Source: Octopus sinensis (taxonomy: Eukaryota). From it: a DNA stretch of 64,000 bases. The DNA lies in assembly GCF_006345805.1 (NCBI RefSeq), contig NC_043016.1, positions 11,160,001 through 11,224,000 of the forward strand. Reading direction: 5' to 3'. This document shows, piece after piece, positions 25,406 to 37,443 of the stretch (its first letter is position 1; every line of letters starts with the position of its first letter). Position numbers and translations under genes: made by a program. The notes under the pieces were generated by a model that worked only from the letters and a program-made list of their open reading frames with translations, searched no databases and was not told the origin of the DNA.

Positions 25406-25837
25406 GTCAGAGGAGAAGGCACTACTTGAAACCTTTGCTGATTTGTTATTGCCTGCTTTCAAGTAGAGAATGACCTTGATAGGATGAAGGATAAAGTCTC
25501 AACTTTGGTAGAAATTGAACACTGAATGTAAAAGTGCTGGAAGAGATGCTGCCAAGCGTTTTGTCCAACACACAGACAATTCTGGCAGCTAGCAATAATA
25601 ACATTACTTATACTTTTTGCCTTCCTTTTAGCAAGAATAGGAGAGTTCTGTTGGTTTAATTCATAGTAAGAACAGCATCCTGGGGTTTGGTGAGACCAAA
25701 ATCTCCACAAACCTCAAACTGCTGCTGCTTCTGCTACTGTTGCAGTGGTAACACCAACTATTTTACAGAGTGGGGGGGGTTCATGGCACCACCACCAATG
25801 AGGCTGCTGCGTAGCTCACAAGACTATTTATTGATAA

Positions 25838-25887
<50 letters not shown>

Positions 25888-25898
25888 TGATTGATAGA

Positions 25899-26017
<119 letters not shown>

Positions 26018-26154
26018 ACAGACAGACAGATACATAGATAAATAACAGACTGACAGAGAGATAGACAGAAAGTTAGATATACTTACATACATACTATATA
26101 TATATATACACAGATGTTAAAGGATGATGATGATGTTTGTGTATCTATTCATCT

Positions 26155-26186
<32 letters not shown>

Positions 26187-26188
26187 TT

Positions 26189-26224
<36 letters not shown>

Positions 26225-26484
26225 GTACATATATCAGTTGAGATTTAGTCCTATCTAATCTGTCAGTTTAGACAATCTGTAGTTGCTTTGTGTTTAGAAC
26301 TTAGCATGTTAGGTTTCTATTTCATCTTGGAGTTAAAAATCTTGCCAATAACTGCTGGGGTTAATCCTTTTTTAAATGGAACTGCATTTCATTACCAAAA
26401 TTCATTGAATGGAAGAGAGTTTCAGTCATCTGCTGCTGGTAATTTTCTTCCTTTTTTCTTTTTTTTTTCTGTTTTGTTTTGTAG

Positions 26485-26625
26485 GCAAGTATATGTCAAG
26501 AGAGATACGGTCCTGTTAGTATTCTGGTAAACAATGCTGGAGTGATGTATGGAGGAAAAGTCTTGGAACTTGCAGCGGAAGATATCGAAATGTCTTTCAA
26601 AGTTAATGTTTTGGCACATTTCAGA
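26485..26625 (+). CDS. DHRS3: Next coding exon of the DHRS3-like SDR, 141 nt, phase 0/0
   Basis: ttttctgttttgttttgtAG|...|GTgagt; translates ASICQERYGPVSILVNNAGVMYGGKVLELAAEDIEMSFKVNVLAHFR (NNAG motif; intron after the AHF-x position as in vertebrate SDR16C genes); in frame with 23712-23834. Confidence 0.92.
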
Positions 26626-26844
26626 GTGAGTAATCTTAAGATTTCATTTTCTTTTTAAATCTTTGTTTAAATCTCAGATCATTGCTGATTGAGCTGACCA
26701 ATATTTAAAGGCCATTCCAGCCATGACCAGCTCATCTTTCTTGTATATCAGGAACTACATTGTCTGCAGTACTCTCCCTCTCTTTCTCTCTGATTCTGCC
26801 TCTCCCCTCTATCTTTATCTGTCTGTCTGTCTGTCTGTATATTT

Positions 26845-27005
26845 AATTTACAGAAAAACAAAAGATGAAGTCAGGTGTATGAACAACAAGCAGGTGTATT
26901 AGTTTGATGCTCGGGGAAAAATGAAAAAGTCTTTTATGTTTCGAGCCTATGCTCTTCAGCACAAACGAATAAGAGAAAAATAAACAGAGAGAGAATGAAA
27001 AAAGG
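26845..27005 (-). mobile_element. Short Penelope-type element with decayed hammerhead motif (26931-26966)
   Basis: Minus strand gttt-GTGCTGA-a-gagc-atag-gctc-GAAACATA-aaag; homologous to 10960 and 62845. Confidence 0.6.
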
Positions 27006-27041
27006 TGTGGATTTAGCATTCAAGCTGTGTGTGTGTGTGTG

Positions 27042-27081
<40 letters not shown>

Positions 27082-27462
27082 TCTGTGTGTGTTTATTAAG
27101 ACAATTCTTTTATTCTCTATCCTTTATGATTTTAATTTATCTTATATATTCACTGTCAACTATAGCTAGTCCCGTTTGCAGATTACAACCCCAAAATCAT
27201 TCTACCCACCATCAGTGTACCCACATGCAACAAATAAGAACAACATGCCAAGGAGAACTCAATATATCTAGTGGAGTATCTCTTGTTTTAAACACCAAGC
27301 ACCCAAAGTGACACAGCCTGTACTGATTGGTGCAACACAACCAGATGCACAATATCTTACTCCTAAGGGACAGCTGCATGATGGGTCAAAATGATTGCTG
27401 TGTTGAATAAAGACTCAATCTAAATCCATCTTCTGCTTCCCTCATCAGTTATATATGTATAT

Positions 27463-27644
27463 ATATACTTTATTTAAAGCAGCAGAAAATTCAACAAAAC
27501 CTGTTATTCTGAGTTTCCTGTTGCCGTTCATTGGACAGTTTTTGCTAAACAGTTTTTTCTAGCAAAAACTGTCCGATGAACGGCAACGGGAAGCTCAGAG
27601 TAACAGGTTTTGTTGAATTTTCTGCTGCTTTAAATAAAGCATAT
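27463..27644. repeat. 182-bp fold-back (85-bp arms, 12-nt loop); each arm carries a type-I hammerhead motif
   Basis: Arms 27463-27547 and 27560-27644 differ by only a few transitions. Confidence 0.92.
27562..27613 (+). ncRNA. Type-I hammerhead motif (C4 core variant, A15.1G lesion); mirror copy on - at 27494-27545 (G5A lesion)
   Basis: gcaaaaactgt-CCGATGA-acg-gcaa-cgg-GAAG-ctc-a-gag-TA-acaggttttgt: ~10-bp stem I, GCAA loop, 1-nt-loop stem III, GUA site. Confidence 0.7.
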
Positions 27645-27760
27645 TACTCTACCACTGGTATTTCAGTACTCTTTTTCCCCCTTGTTTCACATTTATGTGT
27701 TTACTCCGTATATATATATATATTATATATATATATATTATATATTATATATATATATAA

Positions 27761-27960
27761 GGGGTAGCAGCTGGCAGGTGTATGTCTCCGGTATCGGTCG
27801 GCATGATGCCGGAGACGTCAGCCAAAGACGCCGTCAGCCCAGCGGGTGGCCGCCGCCTTCACGCCACCTTGCTTTCCCCGTTTGCCTAATGGCGGTGCCC
27901 CAGCATGGCCACAGCTCGTGAGCTGAAACTAGATAAAATGAAAATGAAAAATGAAATGAG
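27761..27960 (+). mobile_element. GC/CpG-rich structured insert ending in the SINE/LINE-type 3' tail
   Basis: About 13 CpG in 140 bp; 13-bp hairpin 27783-27817; tail ggcggtgccccagcatggccacagctcgtgagctgaaactaga followed by (taaaatg/aaaatg)n. Confidence 0.6.
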
Positions 27961-28219
27961 TAACAAGAGGTACTCAATTATATTTTATTTCCCTGTCTCC
28001 AAATCTGCCCTTAGTAAATATTATAGACTGTATATTTAATATAATGTACATGTCTGAATAGCTCAGGGAGCAGGTTTCTTCACTCGGCTGGGTCTAATTG
28101 TCTATATACACTGTATGAAAATTTGATGTTTACTTGATATTGTTGTGTGTGTGTATATTATTCCAAACTAACGAGGTGCCTCAATATAAGTAGCTAATTC
28201 AACTGAATCTTACTTTCAT

Positions 28220-28260
<41 letters not shown>

Positions 28261-28541
28261 TCATTTAACATCCGTTGTCCATGCTGGCATGGGTTGGATG
28301 GTTTGACTAGGGCTCGTAAGTTGGAAGGCTGCACCAGACTCCAGTCTGATTTGGTATGGTTTTCTACATCTGGATGCCCTTCCTGATGCCAACCACTCCA
28401 AGAGTGTAATGGGTGCTTTTATGTGCCACCAGCTTGGGTGCCCTTTGCATGATACAGGTATCTACCATGACTGCAATTTTGCTCAGCTTGATGGGTCTTC
28501 TTCTCAAGCATGATATAACGCCAAAGGTGCCGGTCAATGCC

Positions 28542-28586
<45 letters not shown>

Positions 28587-28920
28587 GTGTGTATACGAAT
28601 GCACTGAAGCAATTTGTCCGGAGTACCAAGAATCGTTAGGAAACCAAAGTCAAACAAAATGTTTAGCAACATTTCTTCTGGCCCTTCACTTTCCGAGTTC
28701 AAATGTCACCGACGTCAACTTTACTTTTCACCCTCTTGGGGGTCAATAAAATATGTACCAGTTAAATATGAGGATCGCTGTAATAGAGTATTCCCCTCTC
28801 CTCCAAATTTCAAGCCTTGTGCCTATAGTAGAAAGGATATGTGTGTGTGTGTGCATGTATATGTGTGTTGTTTGTGCGTGTATATATATATATGTGTGTT
28901 GTGTGTATATATATATAATA

Positions 28921-29002
<82 letters not shown>

Positions 29003-29084
29003 AATATATATGTATATATATATGTATATATATATGTATGTATATATATGTATATATATATGTGTGTGTGTATGTGTGTATATA

Positions 29085-29385
29085 TATCTGTTTGAATAGG
29101 GAGATCCCATAAATTCTTGCATTTCTCCAGCTCAAGCACTCTTTCAACCATAATCATACCAAGGTACTTCCAGCCTAAAATTCCCATTTCTGACAAAGCT
29201 TCCAGCACAAAACTTTCACAACTTGGTCATTTCTAATATTCTCTCTGAGCCAACATTCTGCAACAATGTGTGCCATTCTTTCACCCCAAATTCCATACAC
29301 TCTGCATTTTGCTGATACCTCCTCCCCACACACGTGCTTTCTCAAGATGTTTGTTTTTAACACTTAATCTTGAGCTGTTATGATA
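29085..29385 (-). mobile_element. HERO-like RLE LINE fragment (CCHC region)
   Basis: ORFs 29175-29363 and 28963-29208 joined by frameshift: LKTNILRKHVCGEEVSAKCRV.G...MAHIVAEC...IRNDQVVKVLCWKLCQKW...[21 protein letters not shown]. Confidence 0.85.
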
Positions 29386-29888
29386 AAGCTTTCTGTTTCT
29401 TGTTTTAATTTCCTTTTTTTCAACCAAGCATTATTATTATTATTATTCTTTTAACCTGCGTGTTTGTTGCGATCACTTGCTGGGACACACAGGGCACCTT
29501 AGGGCAAGTGAAGATTAAGAGGGTAAGTGATGAAGTCAAAACAGAAATACATTCATATAATACAACACAAACATTTAAAGCAGTACTTGTCAGCTCAATC
29601 TTTTGGGTTTCTTTGAGATATTGTTCTTCTGGGAAGTTGTTTAAGTGTTTCTGACATCCCTTTTTTAATCATACCTAGGGAATCTACAACAGTTTTGCTT
29701 TAAATTTCCACATCTTTTGTATTTCAATTTCCAGGTCCTTATTTTTACTAAGTTTGTCAATTTTTATTATTATTGTTGTTATTGTAACAGAGATTTTTTA
29801 AAATTTTTCCTTCAAAAATTATGAGGAGAGAAAAAATTTCATGCCTCTATTTGCAGCTAACAGAAATGTCAAAATAATCTAAAATATT

Positions 29889-29934
<46 letters not shown>

Positions 29935-30419
29935 GCAGCAGCAGCAGCAGCAACAGTAACAAAATAAGCAACAAAAATAATAAAATAATGCATGAAGAAC
30001 CAGATAAATATTTCACCAAAATATCTAAAATAACTCAAAGAAATTCATTTCTTCTTTACAACAATATTTTCTAAGTTTGTTCAATTTTTTTTTACTTTTT
30101 ATTAATTTTTTTAATACTCAACCAAAGTGTTCTTTTAATACTGCACATTTTAGATAAAGATAATTCCACACACAAAGAATTCAGTAGGCAGGGAGAATCG
30201 CAGAGAAGTAAATCTTTTATTCATTAGAATTTCATTCAATGAAACGTACCTCTGAAATGTCAGAGAAAAAGAAACTATTTTATGTATTTATTTATCTATT
30301 AATCTATTTATTTAATTATTTCTATTGTTTTCTTTGGGAGGGGGTTGTTTTTTTTGTTTGTTATGGACACAACAAGATGGCTGCTTGGCTGTATCATGAG
30401 AGCATTTGTGCAAAATTCA

Positions 30420-30565
30420 TTTTAGATTCATTTAAGTCCATGGCTCCCTATGGAGCATATAAGCCATTGACGACTTTTCTTCGCTGTTCTCGATTCTGGA
30501 CTTTGTAGTTTGATTCTGCATCAGTGTCCTGATTCCATCAATTTTTAGTGTTCTCTGTTCCATTT
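30420..30565 (-). mobile_element. RTE-type LINE 3' fragment
   Basis: TKN*WNQDTDAE...VQNREQRRKVVNGLYAP*, same family as 31770-32130. Confidence 0.6.
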
Positions 30566-30567
30566 GC

Positions 30568-31674
30568 CTTGTATCAGAATATTCCCAGACTAGTTATTAT
30601 GTTTAATGAAAAATAACTTATTTACCTTAGTTTTAACATCACCTCTTTCGAAATAGTCCCCTTGTGCAGTAATCCACTGGTCCCAGTATTTCTGCAACTT
30701 TTGGAATCTGGCCTGGAAGTAATTTTCCATAAGCGAGTTAAAGATCTTCTGCAATTTGTTCTGGATCTCAATAATAGTATTAAAACGGTGACCTTGAGGT
30801 GAATTTTCATCTTGGGGAAGAGATGGACGTCCACAGGTGCTAAATCTGGTGAATGGGCAGGTGAGGAAGTGACACCATGCTGTTTTCCATGAGAAACTCA
30901 CAAGAGAGGAGAGCTCAGTGGCAGGAATGCATTGTCATTATGAAGAATCCAATTCTTCACGCTCCACAGATTTGGTCACTTTTACTGAATATCCTCCCTC
31001 AAACACTTCAAAACATTACAGTAAAATTCTCAATTGATGGTCTGGCCCTGTGGTGGGGTGGAATCCTCAATGCACAACACCACATTTTCCAAGGTGGTCT
31101 TGTCCTGGGGGTGGAATCCTCAATGCACAATACCACATTTCCTGAGGTGGTCTGGCCCTGGAGGTGGAATCCTCAATGCACAATACCACATTTCCCGAGG
31201 TGGTCTTGTTCTGGGGGTGGAATCCTCAATGCACAATACCACATTTCCCGAGGTGGTCTTGTCCTGGGGGTGGAATCCTCAATGCACAACACCACATTTC
31301 CTGAGGTGACACTCATAGCAAATCTTCTAGATCACTCGTCGTCTTCCACTTTTGAAGTACCCGTGCCACTGGAAACATGACATACACAACCTATTGCCAC
31401 ATTACTGCAAGCTTGCCAAAGCATCCTCAATGTCTCTGTAGCAGACTTCCCAAGTTTAACCCAAAATTTCATGTTGGCTCTTTGTTCCTGCCCATGACAA
31501 AAAATCACAGACTATGGCAGACATGTGATCATGAAAACACAACTTGCAAAGCAAACACAGTGATGTCATTCAGCACACTTCTTCATGAAGGTCACTGCTA
31601 GTTCTCAATGCACATACAACCATGTGCTACCATCTGTTGGTGTGCTACAGAACTAGTCCAGAAACTTCCTGATA
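30568..31674 (-). pseudogene. Internally deleted mariner (DD34D) transposon with TIRs
   Basis: TIRs tatcagaatattcccagactag / ctagtccagaaacttcctgata; minus-strand WILHNDNA...SPDLAPVDVHLFPKMKIHLKGHRF...RFQKLQKYWDQWITAQGDYFE. Confidence 0.88.
31038..31308. repeat. 53-bp minisatellite x5 inside the mariner transposase relic
   Basis: gaatcc anchors at 31061, 31114, 31167, 31220 and 31273 (exact 53-bp period). Confidence 0.95.
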
Positions 31675-31769
31675 TTTCCCCAAGGAAAGGTCTTCCTCCC
31701 TCAAGTCTTGTTGGTTTGAAATTGTCATCAATTCTTCTGTAGCTGTCTAGGTAAGGATGTTAGCCTTAC

Positions 31770-32130
31770 TAATAGTATAATTATAACTATGTAACATGTA
31801 TAATGTATTACTTTACTTAAGGCTTTTGCCACCCTATGGAACCTAAGCCATCGATGGCTTTCCTGCTCTGTTCTTAACTCTGGGCTATCTTTCCTGCTCC
31901 TCTCCTATTGGATCTCTGCATTTTTAGCTCTGATTCAGTATCCAACCTTCAGCTATTTTTAGGTTTTCCTCTTTTTGTTTCTTTTATGAGTTCCTGATCA
32001 GGGCCTGGCATGTAATGCCAGATCTTGGTTTCCATAAGCTGTGGATAATTCATCCCCCACTTCCACTTAAATTTTGTTGTACTGCATCATGTATTTCCTT
32101 GAAGGAAGGCCTTCCTCTCTCCAAGGCCTT
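31770..32130 (-). mobile_element. RTE-type LINE 3' fragment
   Basis: KWKW...KPRSGIT.QAL...GNKRGKPKNS*RLDTESELK...GKIAQ...RKAIDGL, then (aagta)-type tail. Confidence 0.7.
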
Positions 32131-33539
32131 GTCGGTTTTGGAATTGCCATCAATGCTACAGCAACTTTGCTTTTCTATTCCCATACTTGGATGTTGGCCT
32201 TGTGCAAACCCATTTTTACTTCTGGGAAGAGGTGGTCACTACAAGTCTGGCATCAATCCTTCTACCTGTCCCATATGGAGGACTGTACAAGGAGCTTGTG
32301 CACCTCTGGCATAGGTCTCAGGGTTATTAGGTACACTAATTACACCAAGACTGCAACAAGGGCAGGACATTGTGGTGGTTGTGATCTTGAACCAAAAAGT
32401 AATTCCTTTGACAACAGAGGAATCTCAAAGGTTGAATGAAAATCGATACAGATGTGATATTTGTTTTGGCTGTCTGTATCCTGAGTTCAAATTTTGCTGA
32501 GGGTAGATTTGCTCTCCTTCCTTTCAGGGTCAATGAAATAATTTATCAATCCTGTGTGTTGGTTTGCTAAAATTGTTGTGGTAATTATTCCACCAGGCAA
32601 AGCCACCTTGGAGAATAAATACCTTGTCAAGAGCTCTAGGGTGACTTATTTACAACACCTAGTACTTGGGTGCATTTACCCACATGTAAGCTTTTAGATT
32701 AGGTCTCTGGTTTGAGGATAACAACACTTCTTTCTTCCAGCTGTCACAGTATGCCTCCATCCACCAAGATGAAGTGTCTTGAACTCTGGCCTTTTCTCCA
32801 TGACTACACAACAAAAACAAAACAAGACAGCCTCCAACTTCTTTCTATCCAAAAGGAATTTTTTTAAACCCAATATGTACATGCCTTTATAGCTTTATCT
32901 ACTTCAAGTTACCCTGTTACAACAGTAAAATAAACATATTTTAGCCTACATCAAAAGAGAAAGTCTATAGAAGAAATCTATTAATGAAGAGTCTATAAAA
33001 GGAGCCTGTTACATAATCACTTGAGCTGTTAGAAATAACAGCAAACTATTCTTCAAACTATTCTGTAGAGTCCTTGCTTTTTGTCTGTTTTGTTTTGTTT
33101 TTGTTTTGTTTTGTTTTAATGGCCAGAACAAAGAGAGGTCGTATTTGGTAATGAATAAACATGTAAACTTAATTACGCAATGTCTGAAGAGAAAGAAGTA
33201 AAAAGACCAGTCATTTAATTGTCATCGCTGGAATATCTTTGGTCATAGACCTACTCGATCAAAACACCACCACCATCACCACCACCACCACCAACAACAA
33301 CAGTAGCAGCAGCAATGACAATAGCAACAAGAACATTATCAACAACAACAACAAAACAACACAATCAATAACATCAACAACATCACTACACAACCATAAC
33401 AACCACAACAACAACAACAATTTTCTATGAATTGGGAAACAGGATCTCATTAAGTAATGACAAACATGAATGACAGATGCATTTCTTTTCTAAATAGTTT
33501 AATTAATCAAATGACAGGTGATGCTCTAACGAACTCAGA

Positions 33540-34190
33540 GTCTTCCTTCCTTCTTTCTTTTTCTTTCTTCTTTTTCTTTTTTTCCTTCTTCCTTCCTTAC
33601 TTTTTACTTCTTTCTTTCTTTTACTTTCTTCCTTCCTTCCTTTTTCTTCTTTCTTTCTTTTCTTGTTTCTTTCCTTCTTCCTTTTTCTTTCTTCCTTTCC
33701 TTTCTTCCTTCTTTTCTTGTCTTTTTCTTTCTTCCTTCCTTTTTTCTTTCTTTTTCTTTCTTCCTTTCCTTCTTTCCATCCTTCCTTCCTTCTTTGTTTT
33801 TCACTTTCTTTTTTCTTTCCTTCTTCCTTTTCACTCTTCTTTCTTTTCTTCTTTTTCTTCTTTTCTTTTCCTTTCTTCTTTCTTTCCTTCTCTCTTTTTC
33901 TTTCTTCCTTTCCTTCTTTCTTTCTATCCTTCTTTCTTTCCTTCCTTCTTTCCTTCTTTGTTTTTCACTCTTTCTTCTTTGTTTCTTTCCCCTCCTTTCC
34001 TTTTTCTTCTTTCTTTCCTTCTTTCTTTTTCTTTCTTCTTTTCTATTCCTGTCTTCTTTTCTTCTCTCTTTTTCATTCTTCCTTTCCTTCTTTCTGTCTA
34101 TTCTTCCTTCCTTCCTTCTTTCCTTCTCTCTCTTTTTTCTTTCTTTCTCCTCCTTTCCTTTCTTTTCTTCTTTCTTTTTCTCTTGCATTA
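33540..34190. repeat. Polypyrimidine low-complexity tract (TTCC/TTTC)
   Basis: Direct reading; source of the spurious F/S/L-rich and K/E/R-rich ORFs. Confidence 0.95.
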
Positions 34191-34722
34191 TTCATTTACT
34201 TGCATCCATACATTGTCTTGTGTGAAATTGCACTGGTTACAGGTTTCCAATGGACCATTCACGGGTCAATTGATCTTGCCAGTGAGGAGAGTAACAAGGG
34301 AGTCTCTGTGCAACTTGGGTAGAAATTTATTAAGACAAATTTCCAACAGCTGGATGCCCTTCCTGTCACCAACCTTTATCTGTTTCCAAGCAAGATAATA
34401 GTCTCCCATACCCAGGCATGTTCTTGCAGAATATTAGAAATGAATGACACTGCTTTTAGGACTGTGACACTCATTTACAATCATCACATATTATCAAGAC
34501 AAGGAGACATTCACACACACACACATGTGATAGGCTTCTTCTCAGTTTCCATCTTCCAAATCCACTCGCTTTGCTTTGGCCAGCCCAGGAACAGAGGAGA
34601 GACTTTTGTCCAAGACGTCACACAGTGAGACCGAGATTGAATCAAGAACCAAGTGGTTAGGAAACAAAATTCTACTACAAAGTCATGCTCATACTTGTAT
34701 GTATATATATATGTGCTTGTGT

Positions 34723-34965
34723 GGAGGCACGTGGCTTAGTGGTTAGGGTGTCAGCATCACAATCGTAAGATTGTGGTTTCGATACCTGGACCGGGCGACG
34801 TGTTGTGTTCTTGAGCAAAACACTTCATTTCACGCTGGTCCAATCCACTGAGCTAGCAAAGATGAGTAACTCTGCGAAGGACTGGCATCCTGTCCAGCTG
34901 GGGAACACATATGCCATTGAAACTGGGAAACCAGGCCCATGAGCCTAGCTAGGCTTTAAAGGATG
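34723..34965 (+). mobile_element. Full-length tRNA-derived SINE (CORE plus V-like domain)
   Basis: ggaggcacgtggcttagtggttag head, gtgttcttgagcaaaacactt, ggactggcatcctgtccag. Confidence 0.75.
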
Positions 34966-34990
34966 TATTTATTATTTATATATATATATA

Positions 34991-35936
34991 TACTAGTTGA
35001 CCCTGTGCCGGCAAAAATTATGGCAAATTGTAGTATTTTTTATATGAATAAGGTACAAAATAAGGTACATAATAATCATGCATACAAACATTCACACACT
35101 TCTTTTGTATATGCACAGACATACACACATATACTCACACGGAGTTGAAACGCTGAGTTTTTGGTTTCACTCCTCCCTTCCTTTATCACCCTTTCCTTTC
35201 TCCATTGAGAATTAATGGGTTAAGCCCCCATTAATGGGTCTTTCAACTTCTTAGGAGTTAGTAAGACCCATTAATGGGGGCTTAACCCACACAATTTAGT
35301 CATTTTTCCTACACCAACACAAATACAATTGTAGTCTTGGAAGCTGTAGAGTTGCCCAAGGATACAAGATGAGCGTTATTTGTAATTCAATGGTACAAGA
35401 GTGTAAGAGTTTGCTTTGAGATATACTTAGATTGTAATTTCTGCAATGTGGTGCATAAATTGTCAAGTAAAGAAGAGGCATCATTGCTTCCACTGATTCA
35501 GTTGCAAAGTGTTATTTTGAGTAAAGTTATTTGGTTGCAGACCTCCTTTGAATCTTTAGTTATCACTGGGTCAGAGATACCCATCAATTCAACTTCTCTG
35601 GTTGACTTTAAGATGCCCTGCCCCTCATAGTGGCCTTAACTCACACATTTTAGAGCTCAATGTGCTCCAATTTTCAGGAGCAAAAACTTTTGAATAGGTT
35701 TCATAAGATTTGGATTTTGGAATCTGGGCATAAAGATGAGTAGTATGGGATAAATATGTCATAATTGGAATTTTTGTTAGGGTGTGTAAAGAGCAAAAGA
35801 ACCCCAATTAAAATTCTTATCTCTAATTTTGATGACATTTGAATCATAGGTATTCCAGTTCATTAGAGAAAATATAAAAGAAAAGTCTAATTCTTCAATT
35901 CCATTTGACACAAGCAATGCCAGGTATCTCTGCTAT
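34991..35936. mobile_element. Possible Helitron-related composite with central 27-bp-stem hairpin
   Basis: Left end tACTAG; right end cacaagcaatgccagg-tatctctg-ctat resembles a CpG-decayed version of the 8703-8730 Helitron 3' end; hairpin at 35216-35289. Confidence 0.35.
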
Positions 35937-35978
<42 letters not shown>

Positions 35979-35984
35979 AAGAGA

Positions 35985-36380
35985 GACGAGCAAAGACTGG
36001 TAACGGCTTAAAGAGCCATGGAGAGGTCAATGCTTGGTATCTCGTTGCGAGAGCACATAAGTAGTGAGATCATCAGAAAGAAATCAGGCGTGAGAGATGT
36101 CATCGCAGAGTATACACGCAGCAAGTATAGATGGGCTGGACACGTCGCGCGGCTTACCGATAATCGGTGGATGCACGCAGTTGTCGAGTGGTACCCGCAT
36201 GAGCGGAAAAGACCACCCGGAAGACCTCCACGATGGTGGAGTTACGATTTCAGGAGGACGATTGGGATCACGTGGATGAAAAAGGAGCAATCCAGAGAGG
36301 AGTGGACAGCGTGCTGTGACCAGCGGTGTCAGATGGACGCCTGACAGACTGGTCGGTCAAGGGGATCAAGGTGATATATA
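35985..36380 (+). mobile_element. RTE-1-like LINE 3' end
   Basis: ORF 36018-36344 MERSMLGISLREHISSEIIRKKSGVRDVI...KYRWAGHVARLTDNRW...EWYP...RPPGRPP. Confidence 0.9.
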
Positions 36381-36603
36381 TACACACAAATATATAAAAA
36401 CACTATGATCACTATTACATGAGGATATATATAAGCACCCATTACACTCTCAGAGTGGTTGGCGTTAAGAAGCCATAGAAGACCATGCCAAATCAGACTG
36501 GATCTTGGCACAGCCTTCCAGCTTACCAGCCCTGGTCAAACAATCCAACCCATGCCAGCATGGACAATGAATGCTTAAATGATGATGATAATGATGATGA
36601 TGA

Positions 36604-36640
<37 letters not shown>

Positions 36641-36976
36641 GACCGTGTGACTGACCGGACTATCAGTTGTTACCACATCACTGGTCACACTGCACATTGC
36701 ATTATTTTGGCCTTCAAACAATACCATCCAGTCGGCTAGGTGAGTAGGCCAACATTATCCCTTGATTGAAAGGGAGATTGGAGCCTCGTGAAAGCACAAT
36801 GCACCGTCTTGCCTGAGAATTGAACTTGCAATAGCAATCGTGAGTGCAACAGGCCATGCACCTTCACTACATATACATATATATATATATATATAAGGAT
36901 GAAAAGAAGCACACGAGTTGATATATATGAAAAAACAAGTCAGGATAGAAAATGCTAAAATAATCTTATAAAGAAC

Positions 36977-37022
36977 ATTTCAGTACCGGTTTCGGTCATT
37001 TTGAGACCTTTTCAACTGTAAC
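36977..37022 (-). ncRNA. Minimal type-I hammerhead ribozyme with U3-A8 compensated core
   Basis: Minus strand gttacag-TTGAAAA-ggtc-tcaaaat-gacc-GAAA-CC-GG-TA-ctgaaat: stem I, 4-bp stem II starting G10.1-C11.1, palindromic stem III, GUA site. Confidence 0.8.
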
Positions 37023-37168
37023 GATTAAATAATTAAATGAGAAAAATTAAAAGAAAAGTTTTTTTTTAGAGAATATTTGTATAGGGTTCAAATATAAGTG
37101 GCATTTCCTTGTTTCTGCTTTGCTCTGTCTCTCTTGTTTATATATATATATATTATATATATATATAT

Positions 37169-37169
<1 letters not shown>

Positions 37170-37206
<37 letters not shown>

Positions 37207-37412
37207 TGTGTATGTATGTATTTATGTATGTATGTATGTATGTATGTATGTATGTATGTATGTAGGTATGTATTTATGTATGTATGTATGTATGTATGTA
37301 TGTATGTATGTATGTTGTATGTATGTATGTATGTATGTATGTATGTATGTATTATGTATGTATGTATGTATGTAGATGTATGTATTTATGTATGTATGTA
37401 TGTATGCGTGTA

Positions 37413-37443
<31 letters not shown>

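Noticed and set aside
27761-27900. HDV-like ribozyme in the GC-rich insert
   Set aside because: A P4-like hairpin and a GCCAA are present, but the P1/P3/L3 elements could not be found.
30235-30280. GAAACGTA on + (hammerhead half) and a minus-strand polypyrimidine-AG|GTACGT (recursive splice-like site)
   Set aside because: No CUGANGA upstream; the splice-like motif is antisense to the only gene found.
33457-34398. 313-aa ORF and antisense K/E/R-rich ORF
   Set aside because: Low-complexity polypyrimidine tract lacking stops by composition.
35300-35810. Captured gene fragment inside the Helitron-like region
   Set aside because: All frames are interrupted and I recognise no domain; only a translated database search could decide.
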